The notes under the pieces are model-generated. The model saw only the letters and a program-made list of their open reading frames with translations. It had not been told where the DNA came from and did not search any database. Made by a program: the position numbers and the translations under genes. DNA of 11,593 nucleotides from Calditrichaceae bacterium (GTDB lineage: Bacteria > Calditrichota > Calditrichia > Calditrichales > JBFXGD01): assembly GCA_050178385.1 (NCBI GenBank), contig JBFXGD010000114.1, forward strand, positions 1 to 11,593. The letters are read 5' to 3'. Shown in pieces: positions 7,968 to 11,593 of the stretch. Numbering within the stretch: the stretch's first letter is position 1; each line of letters opens with the position of its first letter.

Positions 7968-8036
7968 TATTTATCCCACAGAAAATTTAAAGAAAAGTTG
8001 TTATTTATAATCACAGATCTCTGTGTAAAATTCCAT

Positions 8037-8996
8037 TTAGTTCTTGCCGTTGATAAAAGACATCTCATCTGCTGTGATCAGCTTATGATTTAGAAACTCA
8101 GTAATGACAATTTCAGTCATTTCACTGGCAAACGCAAACTCATACCGTATGTCATTTACATAAGCCTTGAGACGCATTTTTAATAATGACCGTCCTTCAT
8201 GTATTTCATTTTTGATAATTATGGCAATCGGTTTATTCAGATAAATATATTTGGATACCGCGGCGGCGCGGAAAGCAATTTTTTTGGCACGGATTAGATC
8301 GATGTTGGGCGGCAGATAAAATTCGGCGACGACCTGACAATTGGATTCTCCCGAGTTTGAATTTGAAACGGATTGATTGACGATTTCACTGTTTGGAATA
8401 GATACAAGGGAATCGTCGGCCGTAACAATTCGCACTGTTCGCAGACCGATTTGAACTACTTCGCCGTAGTATGATCCAACTTCTATCTTGTCACCGGCCT
8501 GAAACGGGCGGTCGAACAGGATCATTATACCGCCAAAAATATTTTTAAGGATATCCTGAGAAGCGAAACCGACCGCTATGCCGGCCGATGCCGTAACGGC
8601 GATCAGGGTTTCTATTGGCGGCGCTATAATTCCCGCGATAATGATATAAAGTATAAATGTCCATCCGGCAATTCGTAATATTGGAACGAGCCCTTTGATA
8701 GTAAGCCTCAGATTGCTGAACCGTTCCGCGAGAGCTTCAAGAAGACGGGTCAGATATTTAATTACAATAAACGCGATAAGAAAAATCAGAAAAGACCATA
8801 TTATTTTCCCAAAAGATATGGACCAGGGGATTTTTGGTCCGGAACTACTGATTTTTTCCTTGATATTGTTTGTTACCGAGATAGAATCCGCCTGCACCAA
8901 GGTATCTTTCACCGCCTGACCGTAGGAAGGCTGGCAGTCAAATATCCCGATTATGATGGCCAGAATGAAAATGGCAGATAAAAATGATCTGTTCAT
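8037..8996 (-). CDS. Atypical MscS-family channel (paralog 3) with a signal-peptide-like N-terminus and no C-terminal IPFP strand
   Basis: 319 aa. AGIAVGFASQDILKNIFGGIMILFDRPFQAGDKIEVG..YGEV..IGLRT...VSIPNS is an MscS core. The N-terminal MNRSFLSAIFILAIIIGIFDCQPSYG|Q looks like a cleavable signal. Confidence 0.88.
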   Translation of the reverse strand: MNRSFLSAIFILAIIIGIFDCQPSYGQAVKDTLVQADSISVTNNIKEKISSSGPKIPWSISFGKIIWSFLIFLIAFIVIKYLTRLLEALAERFSNLRLTIKGLVPILRIAGWTFILYIIIAGIIAPPIETLIAVTASAGIAVGFASQDILKNIFGGIMILFDRPFQAGDKIEVGSYYGEVVQIGLRTVRIVTADDSLVSIPNSEIVNQSVSNSNSGESNCQVVAEFYLPPNIDLIRAKKIAFRAAAVSKYIYLNKPIAIIIKNEIHEGRSLLKMRLKAYVNDIRYEFAFASEMTEIVITEFLNHKLITADEMSFINGKN

Positions 8997-9002
8997 ATTA
9001 AA

Positions 9003-9008
9003 TCCTTA
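9003..9008 (-). promoter_or_regulatory. Shine-Dalgarno site of MscS paralog 3 overlapping the NTPase stop codon
   Basis: The minus strand reads TAAGGA-TTTAAT-ATG, where TAA (9006-9008) is the stop of the upstream NTPase gene. Confidence 0.7.
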
Positions 9009-11593
9009 TTGGATAATATTCTTTGCTTTTAAAATTCTCATCAGCGGGCGATACAAAAATGGATGTATCTGATAACCGCGTTCTTTCTTTATAATCAGAC
9101 CCAGGTTTTCCATCCGCGTAAGTTGCATAAAACTTTGCTGACTGTTCTGATGAAAAATAAGTGCATGAATATTGGGGGAGAGCGTTTCATGCTGGAAGAT
9201 TGCCCCCAGAGTAAAAAGATCTTCGGCCGGAAATCCGTATAGAAATGAAAAATCCATGTCAATATCGGCGGCAAGTATGATTTTATCTGACAATATTTCT
9301 TTAATGGAGCCTAACCAGTAAAGCATGGCAACCGTAACATTTCCGGATGACAGATCATTTAATTGATTAAAAAACAGTGTTTTTAAAAAGTTCTGCCGGT
9401 CTTTATCGGATGTAAGTTTTTTAAATTTCCGGTTGGATCGTATGCTTTCGTTATCTTCGAATTCAAGATTATATCCACTCACGCGGTGACGTTTTAAAAT
9501 GATTGACTGCAGTTCGGCCATTGGAAGAGGACCGAGGAATATCTCTTTATTAAAGAATCTTGAAATATTGATGACCTTATCCAGATAGTTCCAGCTATAA
9601 AGAGTGCAGGAGACAAGCCAGAAAATTTTACCGTATGTACGTGAAACGATCAGGAGAAAACGTTCAATGCTTTCAAATCCGTCCACCACCCGAACGAATA
9701 AGTTCTGTATATTTTCTACAACGCAAACATGTTTTTCTTTACCCTGCAGAATCCATTCTTCGAACTCGTCCAGGCTGTTAATGTCATCGGTTTTAAATGC
9801 CTTTTTGAGAAGAAGAAGTAAATCGTTATTTGTATAGGATTTTTCTAAGATGTCAAGCGTAATCATGTTGTGATTCAGAAAATATTTTTTCTCGGCGAAT
9901 TTTATCAGAGTCGTTCTGCCGCTGCCTCTTTCACCGATCAGAACCGTCGATGCGTATTGATCGTTTTGCCAGTCTGTGAATTCATATTCAATCATAGACA
10001 TTTCTGCATTGCGACCTGCATAAAAACGTTCATCCTCAAGCGGTTCAAACCTGAAAAGCCTCTGATAGACATAGGGCAGTTTAGCCACCTGTTTTTGCGT
10101 GTCGGAAAGAAAAACACTTAGTTGATCTTCGATAACTGTTTCAGGTTTAACGAGTCCGGTTATTTTTCTAAATCTGGAATATCCACCCCAGATCTTCTTG
10201 AAGTTGGTCGTGACAAAAACAAAAATATGTGGAAGAATCGATTTTACAAAAGTGATTGTTTTGTGCCGGTATTCCCTGATTCTCTCTTCAGTTTTAGCTC
10301 TTGCGAATCGTATTTTCAATTCAATTATTTTTTCGTTATCAGCAAGATTTTGTATTTCTTGTTCAAATTCGAGTGAACGTTCAAAAAGCTGTAAATTGCA
10401 CTCTTCAGCGATACTGACACTTTGAGAAAGCAGATCATTAAAAAGTTTTTCGGCTCTTTCAAATCCCCCAAGTACCACTTTTTGAGCCTCGTTAAAATTC
10501 GAGCCGGAGTCATCCTGATTAATGAGATTTAAACCGGCTTCAAGATTAAATTCGACGACCTGATCAATTTCTGAGATGGTTCGGGAAATGCTCTCCAGGT
10601 TTTCTCTTATTGTACTGATAAATTTTTTATATTTTCCCGAGAACTGAGACAGAATTTCTGTGTCAACAAGCTCTTTCAGGGGGATATCGTCTATTTTTGA
10701 TTTTGGCGGTGTGTTTTCATCATCACGATGAACAAAAATGACGTGTTCTTCGGAAAGAATTCCCCGCGCCTTATCAAATTCGGATGAGTAGTTCTCCAGA
10801 ATTTGAATAATCTGTGTCTGAACGATCATATCCAGTACATGCGGCAATTTTACATATCTTAGCTCTTTAATAAGATCGCGGTTTTCTGTGGTTATGGCCT
10901 GTTTCAATGCTTTGGCGGATTTTGGGGCGCGTAATTTTTCCGCGGATTTTGAAAGCAGATCAATCACATCCTTAATGGATGGCTGCATCTTTTTTTCAAT
11001 CTGGTCATAGAGCCGGCGAATCGTACTCTTGTAAATCTGGCTTAGTTTTAACTGCAGAATAGAAAGTTCCAGACTGTTCTGCCAGTCTTCACGTATTCCC
11101 TTAAAATGTAAATCCCATGCTTCCCTGATTTTCTTAAAGCTCTTTTCGAGAAAGGCCCACTGTTTATTAAAGCCGTTTTTCTCGTAGGTTTTTACAGGAT
11201 GAAGAAATGTGCCGGCCAGCTCCCAGTTGCTGTGAAAGCGGGTTAACACATTTTCAAAATTTTGGTTGAACCGGTTTTGAACATCGGATTTAAGTATGTC
11301 CGAATTTATTGCGGAAACGTGTATTTCATCAAGAAGCTCATCAAAAATCGCTGCCGGAACCCGGAGTTCTTTCTTCTCTTCTTCAGTGTATGATTTTAAT
11401 TTTTCAAGAGTGATTCCTTTTTCCTTTAGTCCTTCAACTCCTGATTGAAGCCCGGCAAACTGTAAAGATACGGATTTAAGAAAAAGCTGCCACTCTTGTA
11501 GAATATATTCCACCACCGGGCGTACAATATGATCGGTGTGAAAATCATAAAGAACGAATTTTCTGGTCTGAACCGGGAGTTCTGTTTGGGGTT
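9006..11593 (-). CDS. Large helical protein with a C-terminal STAND/AAA_16-like P-loop NTPase and winged-helix domain, 5'-truncated by the window
   Basis: FYAGRNAE pre-P-loop motif, Walker A GERGSGRTT (9909-9935), Walker B-like VCVVEN (9711-9728), LGPLPMAEL, SSGNV (GxP-equivalent), and a WH-like end LTRMENLGLI...YQIHPFL. The frame stays open upstream of the track's GTG 11516 to the window edge (PQTELPVQTRKFVLYDFHTDHIVRP-VVEYIL), so the protein exceeds ~860 aa. Confidence 0.8.
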   Translation of the reverse strand, partial: PQTELPVQTRKFVLYDFHTDHIVRPVVEYILQEWQLFLKSVSLQFAGLQSGVEGLKEKGITLEKLKSYTEEEKKELRVPAAIFDELLDEIHVSAINSDILKSDVQNRFNQNFENVLTRFHSNWELAGTFLHPVKTYEKNGFNKQWAFLEKSFKKIREAWDLHFKGIREDWQNSLELSILQLKLSQIYKSTIRRLYDQIEKKMQPSIKDVIDLLSKSAEKLRAPKSAKALKQAITTENRDLIKELRYVKLPHVLDMIVQTQIIQILENYSSEFDKARGILSEEHVIFVHRDDENTPPKSKIDDIPLKELVDTEILSQFSGKYKKFISTIRENLESISRTISEIDQVVEFNLEAGLNLINQDDSGSNFNEAQKVVLGGFERAEKLFNDLLSQSVSIAEECNLQLFERSLEFEQEIQNLADNEKIIELKIRFARAKTEERIREYRHKTITFVKSILPHIFVFVTTNFKKIWGGYSRFRKITGLVKPETVIEDQLSVFLSDTQKQVAKLPYVYQRLFRFEPLEDERFYAGRNAEMSMIEYEFTDWQNDQYASTVLIGERGSGRTTLIKFAEKKYFLNHNMITLDILEKSYTNNDLLLLLKKAFKTDDINSLDEFEEWILQGKEKHVCVVENIQNLFVRVVDGFESIERFLLIVSRTYGKIFWLVSCTLYSWNYLDKVINISRFFNKEIFLGPLPMAELQSIILKRHRVSGYNLEFEDNESIRSNRKFKKLTSDKDRQNFLKTLFFNQLNDLSSGNVTVAMLYWLGSIKEILSDKIILAADIDMDFSFLYGFPAEDLFTLGAIFQHETLSPNIHALIFHQNSQQSFMQLTRMENLGLIIKKERGYQIHPFLYRPLMRILKAKNIIQ

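Noticed and set aside
8934..8945. Cys21 of MscS paralog 3 as a lipoprotein lipobox
   Set aside because: IFDC has Asp at -1, which does not fit the [LVI][ASTVI][GAS]C consensus.
5653..10513. Numerous 62-93 aa ORFs inside the MscS, DUF432 and NTPase genes
   Set aside because: Nested in or antisense to confident genes, with no independent evidence of coding.
11514..11516. GTG start assigned to the NTPase by the ORF track
   Set aside because: The frame is open to the window edge and no SD precedes this GTG, so the real start is probably outside the window.
1..11593. CRISPR array, tRNA/rRNA, IS/transposase, integrase or prophage genes
   Set aside because: No regularly spaced direct repeats, no RNA-gene signatures, and no mobile-element protein motifs were seen. 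The window is almost entirely coding.

Overview
An AT-rich bacterial chromosomal window (roughly 40% GC by eye) with two convergent gene blocks. Left, + strand: the 3' end of a glycerophosphodiester phosphodiesterase (missed by the ORF track), an AHSMG-type alpha/beta-hydrolase, a phytase-like beta-propeller lipoprotein and, after a ~300-bp intergenic region, a Yip1-family membrane protein. Right, - strand: a co-oriented cluster of a large 5'-truncated protein (long helical region plus a C-terminal STAND-like P-loop NTPase/winged-helix module with atypical Walker motifs), three divergent MscS-family channels, a DUF432-like protein, a Na+/Ca2+ exchanger and an outer-membrane beta-barrel. The main candidate for an undescribed system is this NTPase/MscS x3/DUF432/NCX cluster, especially the NTPase that lies 9 nt from an MscS lacking the canonical C-terminal IPFP strand. 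I saw no rRNA, tRNA, CRISPR array or transposase. All family assignments come from motif recognition by eye, not from database searches.
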